The position numbers were made by a program, and so were the translations under genes. A DNA stretch of 63,457 nucleotides, filler included, from Octopus bimaculoides (Eukaryota), in assembly GCF_001194135.2 (NCBI RefSeq). It is 6 parts of 4 records of this genome, joined end to end, with 100 filler letters (N's around TTAATTAATTAA, not from the genome) between each part and the next. Parts side by side here need not be neighbours in the genome. Positions count along the whole stretch, not along the records: positions 20,717 to 37,541 come from NC_068988.1; positions 37,642 to 47,375 come from NC_068997.1; 4 more parts are not named here. One strand, written 5' to 3'. Positions 24,940-39,863 of the stretch are shown here, one piece after another. The number at the start of each line of letters is the position of its first letter. Positions within the stretch are counted from its first letter, which is position 1. Under the pieces are notes generated by a model. That model was not told where the DNA came from. It saw only the letters and a list, made by a program, of their open reading frames with translations, and searched no databases.

Positions 24940-25325
24940 TATGTTTTACTTGTCTTAGTCTTGGGACTGCGGACTTGCTAGAGCATTCACCTTAGAGGGT
25001 TTAGTCGAAGTCGACCCAAGCATTTATTATTTTTTTAAAGCCTAACTCATTGTATTCGTCGCGTTTCTTGCCGAACGGATGAAATAGGGAAACGTAGAAG
25101 AACAGCATCGATTCTCAGACGGTAAGGGAGTAAAAAACAATGATACACAAACACACACACGCTTCTCTACTACGAGCCTCTTTCAATTTTTGTCAAGTAA
25201 ATCCACACAGAAGGCTTTGGTCGTCTAATGGTTACAGTGAAAGACACTAACCGAAGTGGCAAGGCCGTAAATGGAATCTGCAACTACGTGGATGAGAAGT
25301 AAACTTCTTATCACATGTCCATGCC
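24940..25325 (-). mobile_element. SINE family A, degenerate full-length copy
   Basis: Diverged 3' tail (gactgcgg..gtcgaa..gccgaac), a (CA) spacer and a reverse tRNA-like head (aaggctttggtc..gacact..aacttctta). Confidence 0.7.
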
Positions 25326-25367
25326 ATATATATTCTTACATATGTATTTATGTAGATGCATAAATGT

Positions 25368-25633
25368 GGATGCTCAATGGCCCAGTGGTTAGGGCAGCGA
25401 ACTCGTGGTCATAGGATCGCGGTTTCGATTCCCAAACCGGGCGTGGTGAGTGTTTATTGAGCGAAAACACCTAAAGCTCCATGAGGCTCCGGCAGGGGAT
25501 GGTGGCGAACCCTGCTGTACTCTTTTACCACAACTTTCTCTCACTCTTACTTCCTGTTTCTGTTGTGCCTGTAATTCAAAGGGTCAGCCTTGTCACGCTG
25601 AATATCCCCGAGAACTACGTTAAGGGTACACGT
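25368..25633 (+). mobile_element. SINE family C (tRNA-derived), truncated by a gap
   Basis: A-box-like tggcccagtggttaggg and B-box-like ggtttcgattcc; near-identical to 62181-62546. Confidence 0.88.
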
Positions 25634-26163
25634 NNNNNNNNNNNNNNNNNNNNNNNNNNNNNNNNNNNNNNNNNNNNNNNNNNNNNNNNNNNNNNNNNNN
25701 NNNNNNNNNNNNNNNNNNNNNNNNNNNNNNNNNNNNNNNNNNNNNNNNNNNNNNNNNNNNNNNNNNNNNNNNNNNNNNNNNNNNNNNNNNNNNNNNNNNN
25801 NNNNNNNNNNNNNNNNNNNNNNNNNNNNNNNNNNNNNNNNNNNNNNNNNNNNNNNNNNNNNNNNNNNNNNNNNNNNNNNNNNNNNNNNNNNNNNNNNNNN
25901 NNNNNNNNNNNNNNNNNNNNNNNNNNNNNNNNNNNNNNNNNNNNNNNNNNNNNNNNNNNNNNNNNNNNNNNNNNNNNNNNNNNNNNNNNNNNNNNNNNNN
26001 NNNNNNNNNNNNNNNNNNNNNNNNNNNNNNNNNNNNNNNNNNNNNNNNNNNNNNNNNNNNNNNNNNNNNNNNNNNNNNNNNNNNNNNNNNNNNNNNNNNN
26101 NNNNNNNNNNNNNNNNNNNNNNNNNNNNNNNNNNNNNNNNNNNNNNNNNNNNNNNNNNNNNNN

Positions 26164-26202
<39 letters not shown>

Positions 26203-27109
26203 ATGTATGTGTGTGTGTGTGTGTATGTATATGCATCTATGTATATATACATACATATGCATGTGTGGGTGTGTGATACCTATACCTATTTGCATGAGTT
26301 TGTATATGTATGTGTATTGGTGTATAGAGAGTCAAGAGAAAGATATTTGCGCAAGAGAGAAGGAAAGAAACCGGCAGGGAGATAGGAGATGACTGTTTGA
26401 TGAAGATAAAAACAATAAAAGGAGAAGAAATATCGAGACCCACGAATTAGATCACACCATAGCCCTGCCACCTCACCTACAGATCTGCTTCTGCCCCGCT
26501 TCCGCCTCGCCTCCGCCCTCATACCAGCCTATAAATCTGTTGAGCAGAAATGCCGCAATACGGTAAACCGAACATTAAATTATAATAATATCCTCTATTG
26601 CTCTAATCTCGCCACCAATTTATTCAAGACACTTAAAATTGACCTGAAGAAAGTAACCAAACGATAAACCAGCCATATGAACTAAGCTGGCCACTATTAA
26701 GTTTTGGCTAAGCGGTGATTGTGGTAGTGCTTGTGTAGGAAAGGGGAGAGCATTCAGGTGTGCATTATGAGAATGTGTTTGTCTCTATCTGACAATCTGT
26801 ATGGTTGTGTAGATTGGAGCTGTTGGTGTGGGTGGAATAGAGGGGAGGGGCAATGATTAAGACGGTGAAACGCTGCGATTCATTTCTTTCATTCTTTCAT
26901 CAAAGCGATTGCAGGAAATGAGTGAATGGGAATGGTGTTGGTAGATGGGGAGAGTTGACAAACGAGTGGCAGGAAGAGAGATATTTCTACGGAGATCATC
27001 ATAATTGCTGCATTGGTATCGTTCAGTAGGTCATAAACACAGCCATGTGTATATACATAATAAATAAATATACGATAGACGGATAAAGGTAAGTAAACGT
27101 GTTTGCGAA

Positions 27110-27142
<33 letters not shown>

Positions 27143-27314
27143 CGAAAAGAAAAACTCTACATTTGTATTTTGTCCCCTCTGTGTTAAGCCCTGTGTGGCT
27201 AATAAAGAAACCTATCTATCTATCTATCTATCTATCCATCTATCTATCTATCTAACTCTCTATCTATGTCTCTCTCTATCTATCTCTCTATCTCTCTCTC
27301 TATATATATCTATG

Positions 27315-27422
<108 letters not shown>

Positions 27423-27589
27423 TCTATATATCTATCTATCTATCTGTCTGTCTGTCTATTCATAAGTATGTCTGTCTAACTCTCCCTCTCTGTTTCTATT
27501 TTTCTCTCTCTCTCTCCCTTTACGTGTGTATGTGGGTGTACGTGTGTACGAGTGCGTACGTGTTTGTATGTGTGTGTTTGTGAATCTAT

Positions 27590-27725
27590 AGGCGCATGTG
27601 TAGATGTGCGATAAGAAATTTCCTTCTTGTCCACATGACCATGGGTTCAGTCCCGCTGCGTGGCAGCTTGAGCAAATGTTTTCTACTTTAGCCTCGGGGC
27701 GACGAAAGCTTTGAGTGGATTTGAT
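27590..27725 (+). mobile_element. SINE family A 5' head
   Basis: gggttcagtcccgctgcgtggcagcttgagcaaatgttttctactttagcctcggg is the reverse complement of the heads at ~50500-50640 and ~51330-51487. Confidence 0.8.
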
Positions 27726-27809
27726 ATATTATATATATACGTGTGTGTGTGTGTGTGTGCGCGCACAGTGAGTGTGTGTGTGNNNNNNNNNNGTGTGTGT
27801 GCGCGCACA

Positions 27810-27847
<38 letters not shown>

Positions 27848-28516
27848 CTTCAAGTGTAGGTATGTATTGTGTGTTTGCTGTATATGTGTTTACATATGTA
27901 CATGTAATATAAAAATAAACCTAAACATGTACAGGCAAGTGCCTATGAAAACCCTAAGAAAAACTGTTCATATAACAAACAAACTGCCTGTAATTATACA
28001 TTTAACATCAATGAGGAGATGCCATAATGAGAGGGTCAGTCCACATTCCCTACCTTGTTATTTTTTCTACGAACCAAAGTTTAAACTTCTAATACACCTG
28101 AAGAAAACGGCTTTATTTTTCATGACCTAATCGAATAATTCATCCTTTAAAATGTGTCTGAAACGGATGTAGTGAACGTATAACCTATTTTTGTTCTTAT
28201 TTTATATAAATACAATACCTACAAAAAAATCTTCCCTGTTTTGGATCTGGAATTTACAATGGATCATGAAATTGCATACGGGTTTGCGTGGTTATATAAT
28301 TTCATGTATATATATATATATTTATATATATATGTATGTATGTATGTATATATATAAAAGTATGTGTATACTTTTGTATACATGTACATTTAAGTGTATG
28401 GATATGTCTGTATTTGCATATATGCATGGTTGTATACGGATGATTTTGTATATAGTGTATACACGGATGTACAAATCTCAACCCTTGCTTGGTGTCCCTA
28501 ATATTAAAATCCTACG

Positions 28517-28547
<31 letters not shown>

Positions 28548-29617
28548 NNNNNNNNNNNNNNNNNNNNNNNNNNNNNNNNNNNNNNNNNNNNNNNNNNNNN
28601 NNNNNNNNNNNNNNNNNNNNNNNNNNNNNNNNNNNNNNNNNNNNNNNNNNNNNNNNNNNNNNNNNNNNNNNNNNNNNNNNNNNNNNNNNNNNNNNNNNNN
28701 NNNNNNNNNNNNNNNNNNNNNNNNNNNNNNNNNNNNNNNNNNNNNNNNNNNNNNNNNNNNNNNNNNNNNNNNNNNNNNNNNNNNNNNNNNNNNNNNNNNN
28801 NNNNNNNNNNNNNNNNNNNNNNNNNNNNNNNNNNNNNNNNNNNNNNNNNNNNNNNNNNNNNNNNNNNNNNNNNNNNNNNNNNNNNNNNNNNNNNNNNNNN
28901 NNNNNNNNNNNNNNNNNNNNNNNNNNNNNNNNNNNNNNNNNNNNNNNNNNNNNNNNNNNNNNNNNNNNNNNNNNNNNNNNNNNNNNATATACACATACAT
29001 ATATATACACACACACACACACATATATATATATTCAGAGAGAGAGAGAGTGAGAAAAAAGAGAGAAAAGACCCCATATTCTCCAGCTGTTGATAGAGAT
29101 TGCGTTCATCTTGATGGTCATGAACCGAGTGGAGAAACGTTGGTATGAATTATTAATGCATTATAATATCAATTAAGGTGAGAATAAGCTTGCAGCTTTA
29201 TATTTCTTCTAGCCATCTTGATGTAAGTCAACCGATAATTTAAGAATCTTTTCCCTTTATCACACATTCTTCCATCTCTATAGAGATGACTGACTTTCCA
29301 TTTATGGCAGCTGCTATTATAGCTTTTTTTTTATTGCTTTTGATATTGTATTTTTATGATGTGCCATGGTGGGATTGGTGGGTTTGCTTCTCATTTTTTC
29401 TTTATTGCTTTCGTTCTCCTTCCCCATTACCGGTGCCAAACTTTTGTTTCTGCGCTTGCAGTAGTTGCTTGAAAGGTAAAATGAAATAACAACAACAACT
29501 ATAATAATAATAATTTCTTTATTGGTCACAAACGCTTATATATATATATACAATATACATTGTGTTGTACAAAAGTAGTAAGGAAACTACGGGAGAAGGT
29601 ATATAAACATGCATACA

Positions 29618-29649
<32 letters not shown>

Positions 29650-29710
29650 CACACACATACATACATATATACATACATACACACACATGCACACACACAC
29701 GCACACACAC

Positions 29711-29742
<32 letters not shown>

Positions 29743-30319
29743 CATTTATTTGAGTCTGTGTGTAAATATATGAATGTGTATATTTATCTATCAGTCAATT
29801 TGTTTATCTATGTACACACACGCACACACTTAGATGTATACACATACATATATAACCTATGTTGTATGTCTAGTTTAGCTATTTCTCCGGAGATTGCAAA
29901 AATGAAAACAAGCTTAATAGGTTTTCGAACCTTAATGTATTGTCATCAAGGGTGTCTACATCAATTTGACCAAGGTCAGAGAAACAAACGGCCAATCTGT
30001 TTATATACTCAACAATTCCAGTAGCTATAGAGAACACGAGTTACTAATTTACATACCAAAATTGTTTAACACATTATTTCATACCAGTGCCATGGCAGTA
30101 TCAAGGAATGATGTAATATATGCAACATATGTAGTAAATGTATAAGCAGGGCAAACGAGATGAAGTAGAGATGGAGAGATGGAGAGATAGAGAAGAAATA
30201 GAGATGGATCAAATGTGATATATATACAGGTTCAGCATTTTTACACATAACATATACACACTCACAATATATCTATATCTATGTATGTATGTATGTATGT
30301 ATGTATGTATGTATGTATG

Positions 30320-30354
<35 letters not shown>

Positions 30355-30745
30355 GTATATATATATATATATTTTNNNNNNNNNNNNNNNNNNNNNNNNN
30401 NNNNNNNNNNNNNNNNNNNNNNNNNNNNNNNNNNNNNNNNNNNNNNNNNNNNNNNNNNNNNNNNNNNNNNNNNNNNNNNNNNNNNNNNNNNNNNNNNNNN
30501 NNNNNNNNNNNNNNNNNNNNNNNNNNNNNNNNNNNNNNNNNNNNNNNNNNNNNNNNNNNNNNNNNNNNNNNNNNNNNNNNNNNNNNNNNNNNNNNNNNNN
30601 NNNNNNNNNNNNNNNNNNNNNNNNNNNNNNNNNNNNNNNNNNNNNNNNNNNNNNNNNNNNNNNNNNNNNNNNNNNNNNNNNNNNNNNNNNNNNNNNNNNN
30701 NNNNNNNNATATATATATATATATATATATGTACGTATGCATGTA

Positions 30746-30794
<49 letters not shown>

Positions 30795-31549
30795 ACAGGT
30801 AAAGCTTTAGTAGTATGAGAGCACTGACTACCTAGAGTGGCCTTGACTCTCAGCCCCACCTACTTGCAAAAGAGATACTGCAGAAATTTGTCCTGAAGTA
30901 ATCAATGAATTTACGACATTCTCTGTGTTGTGATCCCTCAGCTGTCCGTAGGAATTTAAAGTAGTTTTATCAAACGTGTATAATTTAGATTCTCGTGCGA
31001 CTCATTCCTCATTGAATCAGGAAATTATTCGATATGTCTTCTAGATTCGGCATTGGAGTAAAGAGAATTGCAGGTGTCTCCTTTTACATCAACCTAAATT
31101 ACAAACGGTTCATATACAATGGAATTACAGTGCCATCATACCTCTTACCTAAGTTCACTATTACATCTATTTTTCATTTACTTATTATCCCCTGCAATAC
31201 TCATTCTGCATCCGCTACACCTAATCGCCAAGAGATAGTACAGTTGCTTTTACCCTAGCCTCAAATGCTGGTGACAATGAATACTACATACATTTGAATG
31301 CCTCGGGCTTCCACACCGGCGAATCCAGAAACTATTACCGATGGTGCTTCTAATATTACTGTAGCAGCAGCCACAGGATTCACATCTGGATCCCTCTGAT
31401 ATTATTGACTCTGTTCTTACTACCATTCCCAAACAGCATTCAATGCTTCCTTTGTTTCTTTTGTATAGGTCATTTCTATGAACTCTTATTACCACACGCT
31501 TGTTAGTGGGACCTTTTTTCAATATCACAGCTGGGTATAGCGTTAGGCT

Positions 31550-32200
31550 ATCATGGAGATATTTGTGAGTTATGCAATAGAAACCAACCGACCTTATATT
31601 GTCTTGTACATTTGCCACATGTGTGTTTTTGCGCAAATCTGATGATAAAGCATTCTTGCTGGTAAAGCTACTGTTTCATAGTTTCATCAACCATGGTAGA
31701 CTAGCTCTACCAATCTCCTGGCCTCATCCTAGAACTTTAAAATTAGACACACATTTCCAAATACCGGGCTTCGACCAATAGAGCACACATCCGGTCACAT
31801 CAGAAATAGTTGCTTCCACATTCTTCTTCAAGAAAGAATGGAACCTTTTCCAATTTTTGAAAACCACATATGTCACCTTTCTCTTCCCTATATCCTTGAA
31901 AGATTTATCGGAAGACAAAAGACTGGTACTTGTGATATGGTTTGCCCATTCCTTATTCTTGGCTTGCCTGCTTTTCTGTCGGATTTAGGTAAGCAGAAAA
32001 GAGTTATCCTTGCAAATTATTGTAAATTTCCGGCGCCCTAAGGTGGCTGTTAGCTCCTTATACGTGCCATCCAATCTTTTGTTTGCTGCCTTACCAGGTC
32101 TATTCTATCTCATTATTTCCCCGTTTTATTTTTTTAAAATTTTTGGACATTTCCCATTTTTCTCCAACATTGGCCTTAACATTTACCAACGATGATGTGA
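31550..32200 (-). mobile_element. Decayed piggyBac (PGBD-like) transposase C-terminus
   Basis: KCPKILKK.KRG; TISQVPVFCLPINLSRI*G (cf. VPxPxxIxxYNxxMGG); RRMWKQLF (cf. KKWWxxLF); KNT..CGKC cysteine-rich tail. Confidence 0.55.
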
Positions 32201-32746
32201 AACTGTTAGTTATGATTTATGATCGACTGTGTGCACCAACATTCAAATAGTGAAGACAGACGTCTCACAAAATTGATGGGTAACCAATGATTGACATCTG
32301 CACTTGTGTTACAGTGTGTTATTTAACAGCAAATTTAGAGTGAAATCTCAGTACTTCATTGGTAAGTCATTTGACTCTAAATGGATGAAAAGCAAAGATG
32401 ACTTCAGTGATATTTGAACGCGTAACGCAAACATGCGCGAATCTTGTTTCCAATGTAAATATTTGTAGCACCAGCTAATGAGCAGCTGGGAGTAGCACCA
32501 GCCTCGTCAGGTTTTGTGTATTTTCAGATCGAAATTTAAGTAATCTCTTACATATATATCTTGTCTTATTTGATATTGAATTTAAAGATACAAAGATGAC
32601 CTATGATATTTTCACTGATGCAATTGTAAACTTTAATATGTCTCCGCATTTCAGGAATGCTAGAGAAATATGCCTTCTTGATATTTGTTTCCCAAAGCCT
32701 TAACAGGGCCTGAAATTATTTAAACCTACAAGCCGCAAAGGTAATA

Positions 32747-32823
32747 AAGAAGAAGAAGAAGAAGAAGAAGAAGAAGAAGAAGAAGAAGAAGAAGAAGAAG
32801 AAGAAGAAGAAGAAGAAGAAGAA
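32747..32823 (+). repeat. Pure (GAA)n tract
   Basis: About 25 uninterrupted GAA units. Confidence 0.97.
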
Positions 32824-32924
32824 TATATAATTCAGGGGATTCTTGGTTTTACAAGACAAACATCACCAACGGTCTTACTTTCAATACATGAACAACATAG
32901 ATAACGGTAATATATATTCTATAC

Positions 32925-33060
32925 GTCGAGCTGGCACAGTCATTAGCACGTCGGGCAAAGTGCTTAGCGGCATTTCATCCAACTGGCTGTGCCCCAGCAT
33001 GACCGCAGCTCTTGAGCTGAAACTAGTAAAGAAAAACAAAAGAATGTCAGCAGAAATATT
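32925..33060 (+). mobile_element. SINE family B, degenerate head
   Basis: agctggcacagtcattagcacgtcgggcaaagtgcttagcggcatttc matches the family B head. Confidence 0.7.
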
Positions 33061-33632
33061 TGGAAATCTTACATAATGATGTATCTGTGCATGATTAATC
33101 ATATGAATGCTTCCATTCATTAGCTTTTATATTTTCGGAGAAACCATCACCACCTCGTCTTATTGTGTAACGTCTTTTACTCCCAATATTATCTCTAGCA
33201 ATACTGGTGCTGCTTAGTGATGTCTATATTTCTTCCTTTAAGTTGTAAAATTGTGAACTAGCCACCCATATTACTTAAAATTTTCACTTCTACCGTTTAT
33301 GAAATCAGCATATAATTTCAAAGGAAATCTCATAACCTGACAAGGCCAACTGAGTTTAACTTCTAGGCGCGGTGAGAGCCACAGATGAACATTAAGATGC
33401 GTAAGCGTCAAAATGTGAAATCATCAATGATCTGTCTATATCTGCTACTGTAGGGAGCTTGCCTCCCTTATCAGTCATTAACATAGTACTTTCTCTGGAT
33501 ATTGAGTGATTTTGACTCTTAATTCTAGCAATACTTGTGCTGATTAGTGCCCTCTGTCACTTTAGTGACGTAGATATTTCCGCCTTTTGGTTGGAAAATT
33601 GCGAATTCGCCATGCATATTATATATACATAC

Positions 33633-33680
<48 letters not shown>

Positions 33681-33714
33681 ATTCCTTCAAACTCTCTCTC
33701 TCTTTCTCTCTCTG

Positions 33715-33789
<75 letters not shown>

Positions 33790-35161
33790 GTTCTAAAATC
33801 TGAGTATGTTTTTGTAAATAGGTATTGTTCTTAGCAGGTGTTAAATTTGATTTTGGAAAACGTTGACTAACCACAAGACATTCTCATTCCTTTGCGGATG
33901 TACGTTAAGTCTCATTCCTTTGATATTCAACCGAAAATACGTAGCTTTCGTTCCACTCTCTACGTTTGCATAATTTTCTCATTATAAGCTCTTTATCGCA
34001 GTTAGATTTATCCGCCAAATGAGGTTGTTTATCATGAGGTAAAGTCCGTATTTATTCTTTTTCTGTTGAGGCTCTGACAGAACAAAATCACTTTCCTGGC
34101 GTTAGTCAGTATTAGTCTCTGCAATCACATTAGTTTCTGATTCGGTGCATTTTCTATGTCACTCTGATCTGACGCATTCATTTTTTTCTAAATAATGATT
34201 TTCTTGTTTTCATTTTGTAATGAGTTAAATTTTGAAAAAGAAATGAATACATTATGAATTCAAATTCAATAAAATGTTTCTATTTTGCTTCATTACGTGT
34301 AAACAGAAATAACACACATTTTACCGCTGTAGTAAATATAATATTTCTAGCACAAAATGTTTAGAATATTTTTGTAATAGCTTCAACATTTATTTTTAAA
34401 TGCAAAAACAGAAAATTTCAGCATCTTGCCAGATGACATTTTACGTAAATATTTCAGTTTATTACACAGTAGTAATGCATGTTCAAACAGGAAAAATTCG
34501 GAAGAAGTTCGATAGATATGTCTCTGGTCTAAAGGTAAACTTAAGCAGTTATTAACAATATCGTTGGTTCAAGATCAAGTTAAAATTTCTCGGTGGTTCT
34601 TCCTATACTATGTGTACTAAGTTATTCAAATAACTGACTAATCTACAAAGGGGGGTCGTTACCGAATTTCGACTCACATTGAAAGAAAAATCTTCCTATC
34701 TGCTGAAGCAGACTAACGTTTGGACAATGAACATTGCTTTTAGGTTTTTCATAAGCAAAAACGAATGTTAGATTGTAACATAGGAAACTTCTTGGTGAAA
34801 ATAGAATAGAATTAGGGGTATACCATATGTCATATACGATTTTGAATAACGTTTAATTAATTATAAATTGAAAATGTGTAAATAGAAATAAATTTGTAGC
34901 TTGTTTTTTGTAGCATGTATTTTAAAAATAAACGTCTTTATTTTATAAGGCCATTTGAAACACTTTGTGCTACCATTTGAGCAGAAACACTTTGTGAGCA
35001 GAAACACTTTGTGCTACCATTTGAAACCATTATAATTTCTATTATTTGGCTCGCATTAGGCACACTAGCCTATCACGAGGTCCCTTACTTGAGTGGAATA
35101 TTAGAATACTAGGGTGAATACTAGAGTGGAAAGTGAAACCGATTACTGACCCCGATTTTTA

Positions 35162-35217
<56 letters not shown>

Positions 35218-36119
35218 NNNNNNNNNNAAGCATTTGTCTGAGTGCTTTACAATTAACGTAATTCACAAGTAGTATCAGTGTGACACAGTGTGTGAAAAGG
35301 TAGCTTCATTGAATTACAATTATATTCAGTTCGAAGAGCTTCCAATTTCTTCCTGTCGACCAATTTGATGTCTAAAGCAATGAGATTGGCCTGATGGTCA
35401 TATCAAAAGTACACTAGAACCAGAAATATCTACATCTTGAAAAATATTATTTTTGCATTTCATCCTCACGGTGTTGAAAAATAAATAAAGAATCGTGGAG
35501 TACTCCAATTAAATCAACAGACAATTCTTAATATAACAAGCTATTAATTTCTGTATGGTAGAGAAAATGAAATTATAACTGCTTTAGTGATCTGTTGCTC
35601 TGTGAATGTGAATGCTTCGTCAGATATTGGGAAGAAAGGCAATGTCTATGAGGAATGAACGAGGTTTCCGTTTGTACCGATTATCATAGATGTATTAGGC
35701 TGGGCAACAAGAGATCTGCATAAAAATGTAGAAATACTGGTGTTCTCTTTGAGCTATAGAACGATATGTCTTCCATTTTCCAAATATATTTCATTCGATT
35801 TACAATGAAAATTTGTAAACCATTTCATAATTCTTCTATTTGAAGTTCGTTGACTAAACACATGGTCAAAACATCATAAGCAATTCGCAACATAGAAAAA
35901 ACAACCAAATTAATACAAATGGTTTGATAAAATAACAAGACGTGGTTATGCTTTAAATTCATGCTACAAAACAGACCACAAGCAAGCTAATTCATTTCTA
36001 TTGATTCATTTTTAATTTAGGGCAGAGTAAAGTAAAAATCAGTGTCAGTAGAGGATTCCACATAGTATAGTGCGCATAATGCGAGCCAAATAATAGAAAT
36101 TTCAATAGTTTGAAAATGT

Positions 36120-36310
36120 AGCACAGGGCCAGCATCTTTTGAGGGGATAGAGAAGTCGATTACATTGAATCCAGTACTTGACAGGCACTTATTGTATCAA
36201 CGCTGATAGGATTAAATGGAAAGTCGATCTTGATGGAATATGAAATCTAAAAGTAAATAAGGATGAAATGCCGCTAGGCATTTTGACCAGAGTGCTAATG
36301 GTTCTGTGAC
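36120..36310 (-). mobile_element. SINE family B, degenerate
   Basis: Reverse complement of the family B body (gtcgattacat..ccagtactt..aaagtcga..gaaatgccgcta.gcattt). Confidence 0.7.
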
Positions 36311-36545
36311 ATCACCGTTTACTATAGTACATATAATAACAAACTGAGAAAAAACACACAAATAGGTGTGATATCTATTCAATGTTTTAAAGAACATACA
36401 CATTTTTCCACAAAATTTCGAAATGATTACATAACAGTTGCAGAAACATTATGCACTCACCTCATCAGCATCCCGCAAGAGATACGTAATGAATACCATA
36501 CATGTTTTCTGATTACTAGTATTATTTCTATATACCATCTCTTTC

Positions 36546-36608
<63 letters not shown>

Positions 36609-36677
36609 ATATATATATATATATATATANNNNNNNNNNNNNNNNNNNNNNNNNNNNNNNNNNNNNNNNNNNNNNNN

Positions 36678-36765
<88 letters not shown>

Positions 36766-36768
36766 ATA

Positions 36769-37370
36769 TAGGGTGCGGTGAATAAACTGTCTTCTAAATT
36801 ACGCAAAAATGAAAATAACGCTGACATCTCATTTTAACAAATATCTTTGCAAATATTACATAAAAATATCTTGAAATATTTTGAGTAAACTTATTCAATA
36901 AAATCGCTATTGGCTTCAACCACCGCCTCCACATGACTTCGGAATCTCCTGCAACTCTTCTGGACGGTCTCCTTGTTGAAGATGGTCAATGCTGTCATAA
37001 TCCTTGTCCTCAGTTTCTCTTTGGTGTTTCAACGAGTTTTGTTGATCTTTCGCACTAGTGAGCCCCACACATGATAATCAAGGCGGTTGCAGTCTAGGGA
37101 ATTAGGTGGTCAGATATTAGGGGTGATGTGGTCGCAGAAATTGTCTGACAGCCATGACTGGGTTCTCTGTGCGGCATAATCCAGAATCACCCTCTTGCTC
37201 CAGGGCAGAACTACCTACTCCAGGCACTTGATTTAGGCATCCGTGTTGTGTCTGAAGCTGTGTGTGAAGATTAATGGAGGAAAATTTCGCTATCACTAGT
37301 GATCATTTCAAACGCAATGATATGGACTGGATGTCCGATTTTTATCACTCTCGGTTCATGTCCTCAGTTT
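36769..37370 (-). mobile_element. Tc1/mariner superfamily (maT-like) transposase 3' half with terminal repeat
   Basis: PPLIF..TQSWLSDNFCDHITPNI*PPNSLDCNRLDYHVWG..NKETVQKSCRRFRSHVEAVVEANSDFIE*. The end tagggtgcggtgaata abuts a TA run. Confidence 0.88.
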
Positions 37371-37585
37371 GTACTGTCCGTAGATCGGCACCGAAACACT
37401 CTGGAATGTTCGTTTTGGTAGCTTCTGGTGAGAATACAAAACAGTACAGCATGTTGTTTCCAATTTTCTGGCAGCGTGAATTGCGTCATGGTGCCATTTT
37501 TCTCATAGATGGTACCCAATTGACAGTACTATACTTTGTAGNNNNNNNNNNNNNNNNNNNNNNNNNNNNNNNNNNNNNNNNNNNN

Positions 37586-37597
37586 TTAATTAATTAA
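37586..37597. other. Artificial scaffold-join linker
   Basis: 44N-TTAATTAATTAA-44N. Confidence 0.95.
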
Positions 37598-38173
37598 NNN
37601 NNNNNNNNNNNNNNNNNNNNNNNNNNNNNNNNNNNNNNNNNATATATATTTGTTATAGTTTCAGCTTAGAGCTGCGGCCATGCTGATGCACTTGCATGTG
37701 TAGTGGGTACGTGCATGTGATTCTTTTTATCAGTTATAAAGAAATTCACATTTATTGTAAAATTCATATGCATCAGATTATATACAAATCTATCTATCTA
37801 TTTATCCCTCAATTTCTATCTCTCTTGATATATATATATATATATGTGTGTGTGTATATATGTATGTAAAAATAATGTATGTATGTATATATACATTCAC
37901 ACACACACATACAACTTTATTAGAATACACGCTTAATATTAATATAAATAACTGTGGGTGGGTACACTTATGTATATTTATCTATGTTTTAAATATATGT
38001 ATATACAATACATACATATATATATATATATCTGTATACCTGTATCTATATATGGGTGTTTGTGCATTCCAGTAAGTGTATATAAGTATATGTGCGTGTT
38101 TGTAAGGAGTTCTATGTAGGGATTAAATCACTGACTGTTTTCCAATAAATATAAACTCCATTTCGTACAAACA

Positions 38174-38209
<36 letters not shown>

Positions 38210-38264
38210 TATATATACACATATATACATGCATACATATATATATACATATATATATATATAA

Positions 38265-38303
<39 letters not shown>

Positions 38304-39802
38304 NNNNNNNNNNNNNNNNNNNNNNNNNNNNNNNNNNNNNNNNNNNNNNNNNNNNNNNNNNNNNNNNNNNNNNNNNNNNNNNNNNNNNNNNNNNNNNNNN
38401 NNNNNNNNNNNNNNNNNNNNNNNNNNNNNNNNNNNNNNNNNNNNNNNNNNNNNNNNNNNNNNNNNNNNNNNNNNNNNNNNNNNNNNNNNNNNNNNNNNNN
38501 NNNNNNNNNNNNNNNNNNNNNNNNNNNNNNNNNNNNNNNNNNNNNNNNNNNNNNNNNNNNNNNNNNNNNNNNNNNNNNNNNNNNNNNNNNNNNNNNNNNN
38601 NNNNNNNNNNNNNNNNNNNNNNNNNNNNNNNNNNNNNNNNNNNNNNNNNNNNNNNNNNNNNNNNNNNNNNNNNNNNNNNNNNNNNNNNNNNNNNNNNNNN
38701 NNNNNNNNNNNNNNNNNNNNNNNNNNNNNNNNNNNNNNNNNNNNNNNNNNNNNNNNNNNNNNNNNNNNNNNNNNNNNNNNNNNNNNNNNNNNNNNNNNNN
38801 NNNNNNNNNNNNNNNNNNNNNNNNNNNNNNNNNNNNNNNNNNNNNNNNNNNNNNNNNNNNNNNNNNNNNNNNNNNNNNNNNNNNNNNNNNNNNNNNNNNN
38901 NNNNNNNNNNNNNNNNNNNNNNNNNNNNNNNNNNNNNNNNNNNNNNNNNNNNNNNNNNNNNNNNNNNNNNNNNNNNNNNNNNNNNNNNNNNNNNNNNNNN
39001 NNNNNNNNNNNNNNNNNNNNNNNNNNNNNNNNNNNNNNNNNNNNNNNNNNNNNNNNNNNNNNNNNNNNNNNNNNNNNNNNNNNNNNNNNNNNNNNNNNNN
39101 NNNNNNNNNNNNNNNNNNNNNNNNNNNNNNNNNNNNNNNNNNNNNNNNNNNNNNNNNNNNNNNNNNNNNNNNNNNTATATATATATATATATATATATAT
39201 GTATACACATATATATAATATATTTATACATACAAACATACATATATACATACATATATATACATACGCAGACTCACACATACATGCACACACACACACG
39301 TATATACACTAATTCGCTGTACTGTATTGGTTCTAGAATCTTGAATATGATTAATAGTCAACGTTGAATTTAACAATGTTTGGTGTATTCAACAATATGG
39401 CAACTGAACAGTTAATGAGAGTGCTATATATATATACTCACTCACTTCTTCATTGACACATACTTTATACACTTAATGTTATGCACTCGGTTATACACAA
39501 TCACATTGTCTAACTAAGAAACTGCCGATTCATAGAATCATGCATATATATTATTAAGCTTACGCAGTTGAGTAATAGAAGATCATTTACATATGTGTGT
39601 GTTTGTACGCATGCATGTATGTATGTGTGTGTATGCTTGTGTATGCATGTATGTATGTGTGTATGTATTTGTGTATGTATGCATCTTACTATCTATTTCT
39701 TTCCCTGTCAGTCTTTCTATCTGTCTGTCCCACACATATACATGTGTGCGTATATGTGTGTAATTAAATGGACGTCTATATGTATTTCAATATATGTCTA
39801 TA

Positions 39803-39863
<61 letters not shown>

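Noticed and set aside
25368-25445. tRNA gene (also 48443, 59762, 62181)
   Set aside because: A/B-box heads run into multi-copy SINE bodies, with no complete cloverleaf.
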